A DNA stretch of 38,785 bases from an uncultured Ignavibacteriales bacterium (GTDB taxonomy: Bacteria > Zixibacteria > MSB-5A5 > GN15 > JAAZOE01). This document shows positions 38,769 to 38,785 of this stretch, in pieces (position 1 is the stretch's first letter; every line of letters starts with the position of its first letter). The stretch spans positions 1-38,785 of the forward strand of contig CAZSYD010000020.1 in assembly GCA_964611355.1 (NCBI GenBank), in the 5' to 3' direction. The notes beneath the pieces are model-generated. The model was not told where the DNA came from. It did not search any database and was given only the letters and a program-made list of their open reading frames with translations. A program made the position numbers and the translations under genes.

Positions 38769-38785
38769 ATGAAATGGAAACGGCG

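Noticed and set aside
1..38785. CRISPR array, IS/transposase, integrase, prophage, rRNA or tRNA
   Set aside because: No regularly spaced repeats, mobile-element ORFs or structural RNA signatures were seen; nearly all sequence is explained by the listed genes, apart from the N gap.

Overview
Gene-dense, mostly core bacterial chromosome. It probably comes from an FCB-group lineage such as Zixibacteria; this is inferred from the 'YPNPFN...SGxY' T9SS/FlgD-type C-terminal domains, a DUF3078-like gene and the dcw layout. Left to right: (1) a truncated DUF3078-like outer-membrane gene and a ClC-CBS chloride transporter on the minus strand; (2) a DAO-family FAD oxidoreductase, an exported alpha/beta hydrolase and rluD, which is flanked by degenerate REP-like palindromes; (3) a run of purM, gpmI, lnt, a PorZ-like beta-propeller protein, a FemAB-like GNAT, two GT4s and a GT2, tightly coupled from gpmI onward; (4) a convergent gingipain-like C25 peptidase with a CTD and a sigma54-type promoter; (5) a dcw cluster from mraZ to ftsZ with MraZ boxes but no murB or ddl; (6) a ~175-nt multi-hairpin element with C-rich loops after ftsZ; (7) lpxH broken by a 100-N assembly gap, then purL. 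Best leads are the PorZ-like/FemAB-like/glycosyltransferase block beside a C25 protease (candidate surface-protein anchoring module) and the ftsZ 3' structured RNA. All family calls are by motif recognition; no database searches were run.
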